Counted from the first letter of the stretch, positions 1 to 15,475 are shown. The stretch is DNA of 64,000 nucleotides from the human T2T-CHM13v2.0 reference genome, Homo sapiens (GCF_009914755.1 NC_060925.1), one strand, 5' to 3'. The notes: generated by a model from the letters alone, not told the origin. Numbers and translations: made by a program.

Positions 1-47
1 GCGAGACTCCATCTCAAAAAAAACCAACAACAACAACAACAAAAACC
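1..47 (+). mobile_element. Alu 3' end with A/(CAA)n tail, cut by the window edge
   Basis: gcgagactccatctc followed by an A-rich/CAA tail, the Alu right-arm terminus. Confidence 0.9.
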
Positions 48-877
48 AAGCTAACTTGTAGCAAATAGAAGTCTTTCCTGCTTTCGATACAGTTTAAAGT
101 GCTGTAACTTACAGTTTTTGGAGTTAACTTCCTTACCTCTACCTTTGTTTCTCATATTCATTTTTAACCAGATCATTTCCCCATGATCAGCTTGCTCCAG
201 GGTCATCAGCTACGTCCACTGGAGGCACGCCTCATTTTCCACACAGGATGTTGAGATGAGCATTTGATTTTGTCCCTTTGATGTTCTATCAATTTGTCTT
301 GTTTCCTGGAGCGGTGTGGATGCTCTATGGGGGTGCATTTCCAGGTCCCATTAGTGGAGGACAAAGGAAATAAGAGGAGGCACTGGAAACAAGCCCCAGG
401 AGCAGAGCTGGGCCAGGAAACAGGTGTGAGCCATAATGGAGGAGGGAAGTCAGAGCTTAGAGCCATTGGGGCAAGTTCAAGGTCATAGCCTGACAGCAAG
501 TTTTGGTGGTCTGTGTTAGAAGGAGATTGGGAGCAAGTCTGGTAGAAGAAGTTTACAATTCTCCTGAGCAATGAGGGTGATGTCTTCTAATTTCATAAAT
601 TTTGGAGTTCATCATCAGGGAAGAATCCCAGCTGAGCACTGGAGGCAATTCCCTAATGGGCACATTGACCCCAGAAGCCTGTGAGTCATGTCTGGGTAAG
701 AGAGTATTGGTGAGGGTCATAAGCTATAAGCTATTGTCATAAAGTCAGGAGCACCTCTGGAGTCATCTCCCTCTGAAGGGGAAGGCTGCCCTCCACCCCC
801 CGTTCCTCCCTATTTACCTTATAATTTTCTGCCCTCTCACTTGTAGAGGATCTTCCACTGCTCTTTTATTTGGACAT

Positions 878-960
878 AAAAAACATTTATTGAGCACCTA
901 CTATGTGTCAGGCACTGTTTATGCACTGATAATACAATGGGGAACGAGACAGACAGCTCT
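878..960 (-). mobile_element. L2 3'-end fragment
   Basis: catttattgagcacctactatgtgtcaggcactgt, the typical antisense L2 terminus. Confidence 0.7.
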
Positions 961-1529
961 GATTTGTTCAGTTGTGACAATGAGACAGTGATGTGATTTA
1001 TGGTTATTGATATGATGATACCAAAAGCTACCAGCAAAGAATCTGTTTTCTCTCTTTCACATAAAGGTTGCAACTGACCCCACACAGAAGGACAGCTCTG
1101 CAGAGATAGAATATGGTGGGACTCCAGTCAAGGTGGCAGTTTTCCTGGGTTTCTGGTCCTGGGGGGCCTCAGCAGCTGATGATTCTCATATGAATGAATC
1201 AGACTGGAAGGTGCTAGGAGTTGGTCCTCCAGGACCCTCCCAACGGTGCTGGAGGCTGGAACTGATGTATGCTTGTCCACCAAGAGCAATGACAGGGAGC
1301 CACCTTGGGTGTTTTGGTGCACTTGCTGCAGTACTGGGTGGAGTGAAGTCCAGTTTCTCAAAGCCTGTTTCCTGGGCATCTCATCTCTCCAGCAGACGTA
1401 CACTTTAGGGCTGCCTGAAGTAAACAAGGAAACAAATGGATGTATAATTTAAGGTCAGGTGATGAAAAACGCTACTGAAACATAAAGTAGGATAAGGGGA
1501 TCGTGAGTGAAGATTTGGTGGTTATTTTG

Positions 1530-1810
1530 GGGTAATGAGAGGAATCCTTTGAGGAGGTGACATTTAAGCAGAGGCTTAAAGGAAGTGAGAATAAGACAAG
1601 TGCAAAGGGTTGGGGAAGAGAATTCCAGGCAGCAGGAATGGCAAATGCAAAGGCCTGGAAATAGGAACTGGCTTGATGGGTTCAAAGACAGCAAGAAGTT
1701 GGGGGTGGTTGGAGGATTGTGAATGATGGGAGAGGAGGAGTGGGAGGTGAGGTCACAGGGGTGGGAAGGGATCAGATCACAAGAGGCCTCAGAGCTCAGG
1801 TAAGGAGTTG
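1530..1810 (-). mobile_element. L2 fragment
   Basis: gaggaggtgacatttaagcagagg...attccaggcagcaggaatggcaaatgcaaaggcctgga matches the antisense L2 3' region. Confidence 0.7.
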
Positions 1811-2373
1811 TTCTTTCTCCCTTTCCCAATAGCTGGCATGCACGGGAGTGAGGAGAATATGCCGGATCTGAGAGCCAGCTTTGTTGTTTTTAGGGGAGCT
1901 GAGGCTAGGTGGGTGAGTGCAGGCAGGAGCACATCCTCTGACAGGGAAAGTCAGTGGAGTCACCCTTGCTGGGCCAGTTGCTGACAAGAGGATGAGCCTC
2001 AATTCCACGACTGCCTAGGATGTTTATGGAAGAGTGGTACCTAGTAATATAAAAATTATATTGTTGTCCTACTGAGGCATCTGTCTTTTCTTTCTAATCA
2101 GTTTAGCTATGTTTCAGAGAAGAAAGTGCTCTTTCTTAGCCCATCCCTTAACCAGAACCTGACCTTGTGTAACTACACCCTTGTCCTTTGCTTGAAAAGG
2201 GTGGGGTCTTTTTCATTCAACCCAGGTGTATCAGATTTTATACTGGGTCCCCCCACCTTTTTTTATTTTTTTGCTAGTTATGCCACTGTACATTATGCTT
2301 ACAGTAGACGTACAGCTCTTAAGATTATTTTAAAGTTTATATCCCAATTCCCCTTTCTAAAAGTTTAAGATGG

Positions 2374-2719
2374 TGGTCTTTGTCAGTTTGGGCTGCTATA
2401 ACTAATTACCATAGACTAGCTGGCTTAAATAACAAGTTTCTTACAGTGCTGGAGGCTAGAAATCCAAGATTGGGATGCCAGTATGGTTGGTTCATCCAGG
2501 TTGCAGACTGCTGACTTCTTGTTGTATCCTCACATGGTGAAGGGAGAGTTCCATAGCCTTCTGACCTCTTCTTAAAAGGGCACTAATCCTATCCAGGAGG
2601 GCTTCACCCTCATGCTCTCATTATCTCCCAAAGCCCCCTCCTCCAGATATCATTACAGTGGGGGTTAGATTTCAAAATATGATTTTTTTGGGGGGGACAC
2701 AAACTTTCAGTCCATAGCA
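2374..2719 (-). mobile_element. MaLR solo LTR, MLT1A-like
   Basis: Ends ttcagtccatagca (reverse complement of the TGCTATGGACTGAA start). Exact 5-bp TSD gatgg at 2369-2373 and 2720-2724. Confidence 0.88.
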
Positions 2720-3339
2720 GATGGAGTTAAGTCATTTTAAAGGTTAGTCATGGATATATCTTAGATAAAAGCAACTCTGCAAGATTTGAAGAATCAGAAG
2801 CAGAAAAACACTCCCAGAAATCAACTTGAGATGAACATGAAGGACTCCCGGAAGGTTCTGTAAGTTTGGTAAGGCATTTTGTTGGGGGCAGCACTAGCCC
2901 TATAAAACATTACAAACCCACATATACCAAAAACACACTCTTGCTAGGCCTATACAATCTCAGGAGGTGTTACTAGCTGAATATTCTCACATGTGACCTC
3001 TATATCATTTTAGGGATCTGTTAAGGTTGAAATTAACTCAGCCTCCTTTGGAAATGTTTGTTTGTGGCACAAATGTCATTAAAGTAGGCAATGGAATCAA
3101 GAGTCATCTAATGCAAACTTCTTCTCTATGAAGCAATTTCTTCTACAATCTTTTCTCAGATAGAGTTTGAAGGACACCCGCTCAAATTGGGACAGGTCTC
3201 TCACTTTCTTCACAAAGTGACCCATTTCCTTATAGGATGGATGACTTTAGTCTAACATTCTCAAGGGTATTTCACAGAGGACTTGCTTCAGGAGACATTA
3301 AGAGATGAGTCATGAAAACTAAATTAATAAATAAAAGAA

Positions 3340-3530
3340 GAGTTTGATTCTGTGGTCAGTTAAGTTTGGGACAGCTTCTTGGAGAAATTTAAAGCATACT
3401 AACACATTAAAGGATTTGACGAATCCAGCAATGAAGAAACCTGCTTACTTTGACTAACTCTAAGATCCCCAGACTTACCCATGGCTATTAGCATTCAGCT
3501 GGAGAGTAGCCCGTGGGGAAATAATCTAGG
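3340..3530. mobile_element. Old hAT-Charlie-type DNA transposon fragment (MER103-like)
   Basis: ctgtggtcagttaagtttggg and cacattaaagg...gaagaaacctgcttactttg resemble the recalled consensus; highly decayed. Confidence 0.4.
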
Positions 3531-3544
3531 GGAAAGCTGTCTTA

Positions 3545-4000
3545 ATTGTTGGAAATATCCTCATTTATTGCATAAAATTAGTCTCCCTGTAACTGTCACC
3601 CACTGGTTCTACTTCCCTCAGGAGTTACTATGAATAAGTCAAATCCTTGCTCCAAAGGTCAGCCCCTTGGCTAGAAGAAGCTAACGTGTTCCTCAAAGGT
3701 TCTCTGGACCAGAAAACAAAAACAAAACCCAGCTTCAGTCACTACAACTGCACCTTGTCTAAGCTCACGCTATCCTCTGTAGTTTGCCCCAGCCCCCTTA
3801 ATGTGGGCTGTCCAGACCTAGGCACAATTCCCCAGATGTGGTTTTACAAATGCAAAATACGTATTCTTTCCCCTTGATCTGGACACCACACTGGGGCTGG
3901 TGCAGATTGTATTTACTTTCGTAGCAGCCCTGTTAGCTGTTGTTTCTTTTTAAGTTAGTGGTCAACCAAAAGCCTCCCAGCCTTTTTCCCTTGACTGATT
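3545..4000 (-). mobile_element. CR1/L3 fragment
   Basis: ctccctgtaactgtcacccactggttcta and aatgtgggctgtccagacc...ccccagatgtggt resemble antisense L3. Confidence 0.5.
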
Positions 4001-4899
4001 GCCAAACCAGTTCTCCCTCATTCTCTATTCATAGGGTGGGTGTGAGGACATACTGCTTCCTGCCTTGTCCTTTCTCAAGCTTCACAAACAAACAAGGCCA
4101 CTTAATTCCTATTGGCTGGCTCAGCCCCTCTCTGTATTCTAAAACCATTTCAGACCCTGCGTGGAGAGACATCTGCAGACCCAAAATCCATCACTTGTCA
4201 GCGTTCCTCAGCCTTGTTGCTGACCTCACTCTGATTTGTCCTCTAGGGACCAAGCCTTTGGCTCTTGCTTTTTTGAGACCACATATCAAGTCCCAGAGTC
4301 ACTGCCTGATTTCTTTCCTGAATACTGTCTTTCCTAGTTACTCTTGGATACCTGACTGGTGACTGCTGAAGAGCAAGCTGGGAGAGCCAGCAGCGTGCAT
4401 ACTTTGCCAATGCCACGTGCAGCCACCTTCTAGGCAGGCACCTTTCATCCTGTTTAGACCTCTCTGTTGCTGGCTACATATCTATCTCAACCTTTGCCTG
4501 TTTTCTTGTAGGAATCCTGCTCCCTCTCTCTGCCACCTGTGGACTTCTGTTATGAATGGCAAATACATAGCACATCTGCCATCCTTCCCCTCTCCTTCAT
4601 CCATCACAGATTTTGGTAATCAGCCTCAGCACTCTTTCCAATTCAGCCTGGACACTGTCTCAGATACTTCCGTAACACTGTGCTCCAGGTAGCCTTGCCC
4701 CGTCAACTGGAATTGTTATGCATGTTGAAACCTATTTGCTATCCTGGGCTATACCATTTGCCTCCAAAAAGTAGGCCTATCCTTACTGTGTTAGTATTGT
4801 TTTGGATATAACTTGTTTAGTATTTTCATAACTTCTAGCTTAATCTAGAAGGCTTTATGCATCCTGGTATTGTTCTGTCAGGACTATGCCTCTCTTTCA

Positions 4900-5135
4900 T
4901 GTAGGTAATGGTTAAGAGCACGGGCTCTGGAGTCAGACAGTCTAGCTTCAAATCCAGATTTGGGAAATCTACCAATTGTATGACCTTGGCCAATTAACCT
5001 TGTGAACCTCAGTATTCTCATTTGTAAAATGGGTGTAATAAGAGTACCTACTAAATATAGTTGTCTTAAGGATTGAATGTGGAAATGTTTATACAGAGTT
5101 TAGCACGGTATCAGGTATACATTAAGAATTTAATG
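4900..5135 (+). mobile_element. MIR
   Basis: ggttaagagcacgggctctggagtcagac...tgaacctcagtattctcatttgtaaaatggg core. Confidence 0.85.
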
Positions 5136-8100
5136 CAGCAAATATCAACTAAACACACACACACACAAATTACTTGTCCCAGCCCCACTTAAATCATCAT
5201 TGAGATTGTTTGGGATTACATTATTAGAATCATATTTAAATTACTCTGAAAACTTTCACCTTCTATTAACCATGATCCCCTTTAGAACTTCCGGGCTTAG
5301 TATTTTCCTTATGTTGTCTCTGAGAGCCTGACTTCCGTTCTCCCTGCTAGGCTATCCCCAGGCGTTTCCTTCCTTGATTCATGAACTCTAAGATGACTAG
5401 ATCACCAGGTCGGCCCCAAGTATTATCTGCTGTATCAGCAATTTGGCCATGTTTGAGTCCAAATAGTGATTCCTCTCTTCACTCTTTCTGCCTTCTCATT
5501 GAAGCCACCCTAAAAATAGAGAGCAGTTCCCTCAGGGCAGATAGATTTGTGCAATGTATGTGTAATGCAAACCAAATGTTAGGATCAGGCCCAGCCACTC
5601 TGGAGCCCATTTGTCAAAAACAAGCAAGACTTGAGGCACTTTCTCTAAAGCACAGTAGCCAAGTCTTCCACATGGAGTCAGTTTAAGCTGAGCCAGTGGC
5701 AAGTGCTAGGAAACTGCATTATCCCAGGCTGGCTAGCTGTGTCTCTCCCTAGGTTATTTTCAGAGGTCCTGGCACTTCCAATTAAGGGGTCATTGCGAGT
5801 GCACTCACTGAGTGCATGTGAAAGGGATCATATTCCCAAGATGAGGCTGGGAGAAGGTATTAGTCAGCAGCTGTGAAAGCGGCTAGCAGGCTCACAGGGC
5901 CGGGAGCACACATTACTGTAGGATTGATCATGCCACCTACACTCTCACCTCACACCCTCTCAACACACCCACACCAGGCTCTCTTTTTTTGTCTCTGATT
6001 CTAAGAAAGGCTCAGGATTAAAGGAACACAAGCTGATTAACCAGAATCCTGGTCATTCCAGGTCCTGGGAGAGGGAGTGACAAGGTTTACTCAGAATGGC
6101 ATGACATGGGCAAAGATACAGGGAAGACCAGGTCCCAGATATCAGAAACAGGACCCAGAGTGGGCACTGGTCTTTGGAAGTGAGGCAGAATTTTAGGTCC
6201 CGAGGTTGGACAAGTGGCGAGTGTGAGTGTGATTGGTTCTGACTCTTGATTAGGCAGAGATACTTTAAATCTCTCCTACTCCAGCATAGGCTCTGCAGAT
6301 GGAGATAAGCCTGGGCCAGGTAAGAATCAAAAGTCCCCTGCTATGGGAATAAGAGGGGACCCCAGACTAGGAACTGGGCTGGACCTCAACTATGGCACCC
6401 TGGCCTATACCAATTCATTTTGCTATGTCTTGTTTGTGTCAGCCCCAGTGACTCTTCGAGGGCAAGGGACATTCTTAATGTTGGCTGACAGGCACCTGTC
6501 ACTCTATCCCTCTCCACCTCTCCAGGTTACACTGCTGTGATTAAAAGTAGTGTGAGGCCAGGGAGTCTGAGGATTCAGGTGAATTTAACAAAGTCAGGCA
6601 GGTAGTTACCTGAGGTGACAGACAAATATGCTGAGAATCCAGGACTCGAAAAACTGAAAAGATAAGACAGATGGGGTAGGTAGAATGTGGCAAGTCCAAG
6701 GAGAATAGCAAGGCTCAGTGGTCTTAGCTATGTCTGTAAGGTTACAGTGGCCCGGAGGCTCAGGGTTCCACAGGTAGAGGGGTCTGAGGCAGTGGTCCCA
6801 GAGAGCAGGAATACAAGCAAGCCCTGATCGCAGGCAGGATGCAGTGCTCTTCTTTCATGCTCCCTTACGATTAACCACAAGGTGGTGTAGGTGGCCCTGA
6901 GTGTAGGTGGGTGTAGGTTGCCCTGGGTCCTTGGGTAAGAAATTGCCAGAAACCTGTGGGTGCACCCTGCTTCTGAAGGAATAAAGACAGAGGTTCCAGT
7001 ATAGCTGGAAGGTCTCCTACAGTCAGTGTGTGACTGTTGTTGGACTAGATACAGAAGTCCTCTTGGCCATGGAACATTTTGTTTGCCCAGGCGCCAAACT
7101 AGTATATGACAGTGGATCAGTCACCTGGGGGCCCAGGGGCTTTGTTCATATTTGTAAGAGGTTGATGGAGAGGCCCTGAAGTGGTAACACAGGCTGGAGA
7201 CTCTATGGACTTTGGGATTTCATCAGAAGGATCATGGGATATGGAAAGCACTAAGGAGTATCTGTGCAAAGCTTTGAACTCTCCTTTCACTGTCTTTATG
7301 TCAAGCATCACTGTTATTTAGGAGCTTTGAGATCCCCATATAAGAGTCTTTTGTCAAGTTAAAAGTTAGAAGAATAGTAATAAACACTGCTTTTGGGGAA
7401 AGTTGTGGCAATTTGAAGAGCTGCTGATAAAATAGTTGTCATCTTTCCGTTCTCTGAGCCCTATGTATTAACTGGCTACTTCAGGAAAATTTGCACCAAG
7501 TATGGAAGACAGCAATCTGAACATCAACTTCTACAATTTAAAACTTTCTGGAACTTTCTTTTCCTATCCATTTGTTGTTTAGCTAACATTGTTGGTTAGT
7601 TCCTTATACATATTTACCAGAAATAAAAGGGATCCAGAAACTTCTGAGAGGGATTATAAAGCAGGTCTGCTATCTCTCCTCTCTCCTGTAAGTTGAGAAT
7701 CAGCTGAGATTTCCCAGAGGAAAATTAATTCCATTTTTGATGCTTCTGAGCAGCCATAATGCTGGAAGTGTGAGTGTGTTCATCTGAGACGAGGTCAAGC
7801 CTTGCCCCTTCTCATTTGCCCTCCTTTAATTCTTCAGCGGAGCCCAGGATTTCAGGTTCTGGCTGACAACAAGTACCCCTACTCTCCCATGCCTTGCCTC
7901 TGCTTTGAGCAAATAAACCTAAGCCGAGCTCTGCCCCGACCAAGCTTCCCCATCGGTGGCCACTTTTTCTCACCAATTTCATTTGTATAACCCCTGGCTC
8001 TCCGGAGCATGGTATTGTGCATGGGGCTAGTGATGCTTGTAGACCAAGGCTGAGCTGCTTTTGTTATTTACATTCAACTGAACAACCACTTAACAATAAT

Positions 8101-8920
8101 TCATCTCTGGGTTTAGTGAAACGATTAAAATGGGGTCATTGTCCTCATGGAGCTCATGACCTGACCCCTGTTGATAGCATCTGTGGCTCTGGCCACAGGA
8201 AGGTGCATAATGGTGCTATCCCTGGGCTGCCACTGGATGTGTTCTGTGACCTCCTTTGCTGGCACTCCTGGAGTCAGAGGTACCATGTGTAACTTTCTGT
8301 CAACACAGCCTCACCCATGAGAACACTAACACCACCTGACCTTGCAGTTACTTTGTTCCAGGCTTTCTCCTCCTTCTTCTAGGGTTTGAGCTTTCTCAAT
8401 CTTTATCCAGGGCCTCAGCTCTTGAATAGCCCCTGTGGGAAGCTCCTTTCTGTGTTAGCAGGCAGCTCACTTTCTCTTGGAATATGTTGGCAGAAGAAGG
8501 GTTTAGCAAGTAGGAGGGAACCCTCGTCATGTTACTACATTTCTGTGTCCATGATGTGACTTGAAATATTAATCCAATTTGTTGTGCAGGAACCCTGGAT
8601 AGCAACTCCTAATCTTGCCTGAATTTCAGTAAAATGTGGGGGAACCCAGTGATCCCATATAGATTGATGGCAAAGAGCTTATCAGGTAATCTCCTAATAT
8701 CCAGGCACTGGCCCATTGTCACTTAGCATCTAATCTGTTCCTTGCTCCCAGGATTCAAGGAAATATTCCTGATGATATCTCTATTTTCTCTTCCTCCAGA
8801 TGGGCAGTCCTCTTCAAAAAGCTCATAAGCAGTTCTGGCTCACAGGTGTCTTAAAATTGTAGCATTGCCGAGTTAGCAAAGAGTTAGAAACATCTATATG
8901 CCTATCTATAGGAACATCCT

Positions 8921-9291
8921 TGTCTTAGTCCATTTTGTACTGCTATTACAGAATGCCAGAGACAGGGTAATTTATTATGAACAGAAATATATTGGCTTAT
9001 GGTTCTGGAGGCTGGAAAGTTCAAGATCAAGGGGCCAGTATCTGGAGAGGGCTTCTCTTGCTACATCATCCCATGGTGAAAGGGCAAGAGAGGGCAAGAG
9101 AAAGATTGAGAAGAGGGCCAAATTTATTTTTTATAAGGAAACTACTCCAGCAATAGCAACATTAAATTCATTCATAAGAGCAAAGCCCTCATGAACTAAT
9201 CATGTTTTAAAGGTTCCACCCCTTTATACTTTTACAATGGTGATTGAGTTTTCAACACAAGCTTTTTGGGGTACAGATTCAAACCATTGCA
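8921..9291 (-). mobile_element. MaLR solo LTR (MSTC/MSTD/MLT1A1-like)
   Basis: tgtcttagtccatttt...ggttctggaggctggaaagttcaagatcaagg...ttcaaaccattgca termini. Confidence 0.82.
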
Positions 9292-9299
9292 ATGGTTAA

Positions 9300-9600
9300 A
9301 TTCAAAACAACCTATAAAATGATATGCAGCGATTTCAAAGAGTGAAGTAGATCTATAGACACTGATGTGGAAAGACATTATGGTTATGTTGTTAAAAGTA
9401 AACAAAGTTTTATAACAGTTTATAGTATGATTCCATTTTGAGAAAGTTCTGTATATCAAACTGTAATTCAAATATACATCAAACTCTATAATGCAGTGAT
9501 TATTTCTGTAAGAGAGATGAGTTTACTGGAGACAAGCATTCTGCTTGGCGTATATTGCTGTATTGATTGAGTTTTATAAGCATGTGTTAGCTTTATGATA
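9300..9600 (+). mobile_element. Old L1ME-type 3' UTR fragment
   Basis: gaagtagatctatagacactgatgtggaaaga...tatagtatgattccatttt. Confidence 0.6.
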
Positions 9601-9758
9601 AAAAACTCAACACATCTGAAATTATGTCAAAATATGGTGTGTTCTCATTTCATTAAATGAATAAATGAATAAGCTATGGTTCATACATAGAAATATTCCT
9701 TCCATATACAGAGAAGAGGTCTCTGAAAAACCAGTGAAAACTGGGCATGTTGAGTTGT

Positions 9759-10214
9759 TGTATCAGTTAGGGTTTTTGGGTGAAAGTAACAAAGACCCAC
9801 CTTAAATGAGAAACAGGAATGTATTGGGAGAAAACTGAAGGAAGGGTTGAGCAACCTGGCCTCAGGGAGAACTGGACTGAGGTCAGTTGCTGGGATCTCA
9901 GTATAGGAGCCCACAGACCATCACTATGTGTCTAGGGTAGTAGGAACCATGGGACACAACCACTGCATGACTCAGCAGCAACAGCATAGAAGTTCTGTGT
10001 CTCTGATTAGGATCCAAATTCCCAGGAAAGAGAATCTGCTTGGCCAAGATTGGATATTTCCACCCTGTTAACCCAGGTGGGTGAAGAGGACTGTGATGTG
10101 TAGCCCGCCATGGGACTTCACGCATCAGAAAGGGAGTTCCACTGAGGAAAGGGCTGCTGTTTCCTTAAGGTGAGATGAGATGTAGAGCAGATAAAAATCA
10201 ACAGATTTCTACTG
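9759..10214 (-). mobile_element. MaLR solo LTR, MLT1J/K-like
   Basis: tgtatcagttagggttttt...aagtaacaaagaccca; ccaaattcccaggaaagagaatctgcttggccaag motif. Confidence 0.65.
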
Positions 10215-10949
10215 TAATTACTATTTTGAGCAATGGCATAAAGTTGTACTGAATCAGCCATATTCTCTTGCCTGTTGTGACCCATAGCAAGTATTTTTGA
10301 CAGAAAAATGAATAGAGAATAGTAATAATATCATCCATGACAAAATGATATAACTGATGTCAATTAGCTCATGAGACTTAGAGCCACGACATTGGCATCA
10401 TTAATGTTGTGCTTGAACTGATCTAGTTAATCATCCATGGATAATATGCCCCACTCACATGCTCCCTGGTGGTCCCTGCTCCCCACAGGTCTAGCGGAAC
10501 AGGGCAGTGCTCTAACACTGGTGTCAAGCTGGTGAGAGGCTACCTCCCAGGGTTTCCTTCTGACCATTTAATGTCAGGCAGTGCTCAGGAGTATGAAAGA
10601 AATCAGGCAATTTTCACAGCTATAAAGTAATGGGGTCAGACCACACGATCTGCAAATTCTTACCCAGCTCTGACGATCATGTTTAATTCCTCAAAAAGTT
10701 GTCAGGCTCATGAATCAGAGCTGTATTAAAAGTAAAATGCCATTCAGCATATCAGCCTCAGATTTGTTTTGGAGTTTGATGCAATTTTATATTCACATTT
10801 TGCTGACTTTTTAGATCAATTTTCTGAACATTGGTTAGATAGCGTATGTTGAGATAACATATTGCCTAGAGTAGATTTCAATGATGGCTTCCTGAGATGA
10901 ACCGTCTGAGAAATCTGCATCATTATTTATTGTGTTCTTGTCTTAAAGA

Positions 10950-11330
10950 TGTATTCGTTAAGGTTCTCTGGAGAAGCAGAACCAATAGGAGATATATATG
11001 GTGAGAGAAGGTGAGAGAAAGTGAGAGAGAGAAAAGAAGGAACTGACATATGTGATTATGGAGGCAGGCAAGTCCAAATCTGCAGTGTGGGCTGGAAGCC
11101 TGGAGACCCAAGAGAGCCAGTGGTGCAAACGAAGTCTGAAGGCAGTCTTCTGAAGAATTCCCTCTTGCTTGGGAGGAGGGGCACTTATTTCATTCTAGTC
11201 AGGCCTTCAACTGATTGGATGTGGCCCACCCACTTCATGGAGGGCAAGCTGCTTTACCCAAAGTTCACAGATTTAAATGTTAATCTTACACAAAACACTC
11301 TCCAAATTGACACATAAAATTAACTATCAA
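10950..11330 (-). mobile_element. ERVL solo LTR, MLT2B-like
   Basis: ggttctctggagaagcagaaccaatagga...caggccttcaactgattggatgtggcccaccca...ttgacacataaaattaactatca. Confidence 0.85.
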
Positions 11331-11335
11331 AAAAG

Positions 11336-11638
<303 letters not shown>

Positions 11639-11668
11639 CTAAGTATTGTATTCATCTCAACAGACTGA

Positions 11669-12013
<345 letters not shown>

Positions 12014-12099
12014 TGATTTTAAAAATTTTGTGTATAGGACTAGCTATGGGCTACCTCATAAATATTTGTTAAGTATTTACCAAGTGCATTCATCTTTTT

Positions 12100-12350
12100 A
12101 TATCTCTCCAGATACCACCTTAATCCAGGCTGCTGGCATGTCTCCCTTGGATAGCTGTGACAGCCTCCCAGCTGGCATTCCTGACTCCAGGCTTTTGTCC
12201 TTTCCATTTATTATTTAATATTGCAGCAAGAAAAATCCCTCTAAAAGCAAAAATAGGTGGCATTTATCCCGTGAGTAAAATCCTTCATTGGCTTCCTATT
12301 GCACTAAGAAAAAAGTTCAAATACTTTAAGGTGGCTTCCCTGTCCTGCTC
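12100..12350 (+). mobile_element. L2 fragment
   Basis: tggatagctgtgacagcctcccagctgg...aaaatccttcattggcttcctattgcactaaga. Confidence 0.65.
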
Positions 12351-12474
12351 TTAAACTTTAGCTATAGAAATTTCTTGAACCCACAAAACTGTCTCCCAAT
12401 TTTCTATTTCTTATGCCTGCAACTCAGCTGCTTCTCTTCTTTGCCTATGTCCTTTCCCTCCTTTACATTCTATC

Positions 12475-12773
12475 TTTTTTTTTCTTTTTGAGACGGAGTC
12501 TCGCTCTGTTGCCTGGGCTGGAGTGCAGTGGCGTGATCTCGTGGCTCACTGCAACCTCCATCTCCCAGGTTCAAGCGCTTCTCCTGCTTCAGCCTCCTGA
12601 GTAGCTGGGATTACAGGTGAGCACCACCAGACCTGGCTAATTTTTGTATTTTTAGTAGAGACAGGGTTTCACCTTGTTGGCCAGGCTGGTCTCGAACTCC
12701 TGATCTCAGGTGATCTGCCTGCCTAGGTCTCCCAAAGTGCTGGGATTACAGGCATGAGCCACCACGCCCGGCT
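12475..12773 (-). mobile_element. AluS (Sx/Sz-like)
   Basis: Antisense dimer containing ggccaggctggtctcgaactcctgatctcaggtgatc. Confidence 0.95.
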
Positions 12774-12859
12774 CATATCCTACCTTAAATGTCACTTCCT
12801 GCTGGAAGATTTCCCAGATATGCAGTGCCCAGCTCCTCAGTTAGATGGGCGCTCCTTTT

Positions 12860-12982
12860 ATTTATTTATTTATTCATTCATTCATTCAAAAGATGTTTAT
12901 TGAGTCCTATTGTGTACCAGATACTGATCTAGGTGGTGGAGATACATCAGTGAGATAAGAAAAGACATAAATCCCTGTCATG
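12860..12982 (-). mobile_element. L2 3'-end fragment
   Basis: (ttca)n followed by tttattgagtcctattgtgtaccagatactg. Confidence 0.7.
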
Positions 12983-13319
12983 CTATGTCTTCCTATACTG
13001 TACTTCTCTATGTTTTCGTATGTTATTACTATGGCTTATTAATTGTCTTCTCATGAGATAGGGTGACTTTTTCACACTTGGGAAACTCAGACAATTACTG
13101 GGCATAACAGATATTTAATAAGTATTTGATGAGTAAACACATAAACGAGCAAAGTTGTATAGTATTTTCTTGCTGAATTTACCCCAGCATCCTGGGCCAG
13201 CATCCTGGTCCTGACCTTCCCTCCCTTTTTGATGATCCACATTTCAGATATCTAGAGCTCTCAGGTCCTCTTCCTTGCTTCCCAAACTACCACTTGCTCC
13301 ATACTTACTCATACTCCTT

Positions 13320-13428
13320 ATTAATTCTTGGATTCCTCAATGGCAAGAGCCAGTGCTCATCTGTCTTCATATTCCCAAAGCTTTGCTCATTACCTGGCAT
13401 ATAGTAGGTGCTCAATAAATATTGAGAT
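13320..13428 (+). mobile_element. L2 3'-end fragment
   Basis: acctggcatatagtaggtgctcaataaatatt. Confidence 0.7.
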
Positions 13429-14250
13429 GGGTTGTGAAGCAGCAACTCACACCAAGAGCTTGAAGTCTTTGAAGGTAGCTGACTGGGGAAGGATTTCACC
13501 ATACATAGGCTACTATCTACTTTGCTTATGGACAAACTTGGACCCTCTAACCAATATATGTTTCGTGAAAACCATTCTGGATCACCCAGAAATTCTTGGG
13601 AGATCTAGGTCTCTGGTGGGATTTAGTTATTTGCTACTTAAATAACTTAAATATTACAGGTCAAAAGCATGTGAAATGAACAGTGGTCCTCAGTAAACAT
13701 GCTATATTTATTAGCTCGAGAATAAAAAGTTCTGGTAATTAATTTCCTTAGAATCATACTGTTACCAAAAGCAGAGTAGCTGCTGCCTATACATATTGTG
13801 TTTAGAGTTAATTTAGTCACTGTAGTTTGATAAGGCGAGATTATTTTATTGGATGAAAAACCAGCCTTGATCTGAGGCCTCTGTGTAGACACACTGCTAA
13901 GTATTGCAATAGTTTACCTGTTTTCCTGGCTCTGGGTCTGCACACTCTTTTTGCAGTAGATGGTGTTACCAAAGCAACTCTCTATATAGATTTTGCACTG
14001 ATTCAAGATCCCTGGGCCAGGCAGTCTGCACTAAGCCAGTCTCGTTGTTAATCCCGCTCTGATTTTGACTTGTGTTCCTCATGACTCATGCTGGACTTCT
14101 AGTTTTTTTCCTCTCTATTCCTACATCTAAATGCTGCCCTGATTCCTTGTAACATAATTCCTCTGAGATGGGGTCCTTTCTTGCCTTTCACTCCCCATAT
14201 AGCTCATTACCTTTAGGAACTGAGATCCTCCCATTTTCCCTAGTTCCCAC

Positions 14251-15373
<1,123 letters not shown>

Positions 15374-15475
15374 CTATGGCTCAGTCTTTGCTACTTATTG
15401 CTGAACTTCTTGTTGACAGCTTACCTACCTATACATCTGCCTTTTAGGTGATGCCTGAATTCTTGCTATCCCTGG

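Noticed and set aside
5800-7060. Purine-rich stretch that may be a very old LTR, including three gtgtaggt repeats near 6885-6920
   Set aside because: No termini, TSD or consensus match that I can support.
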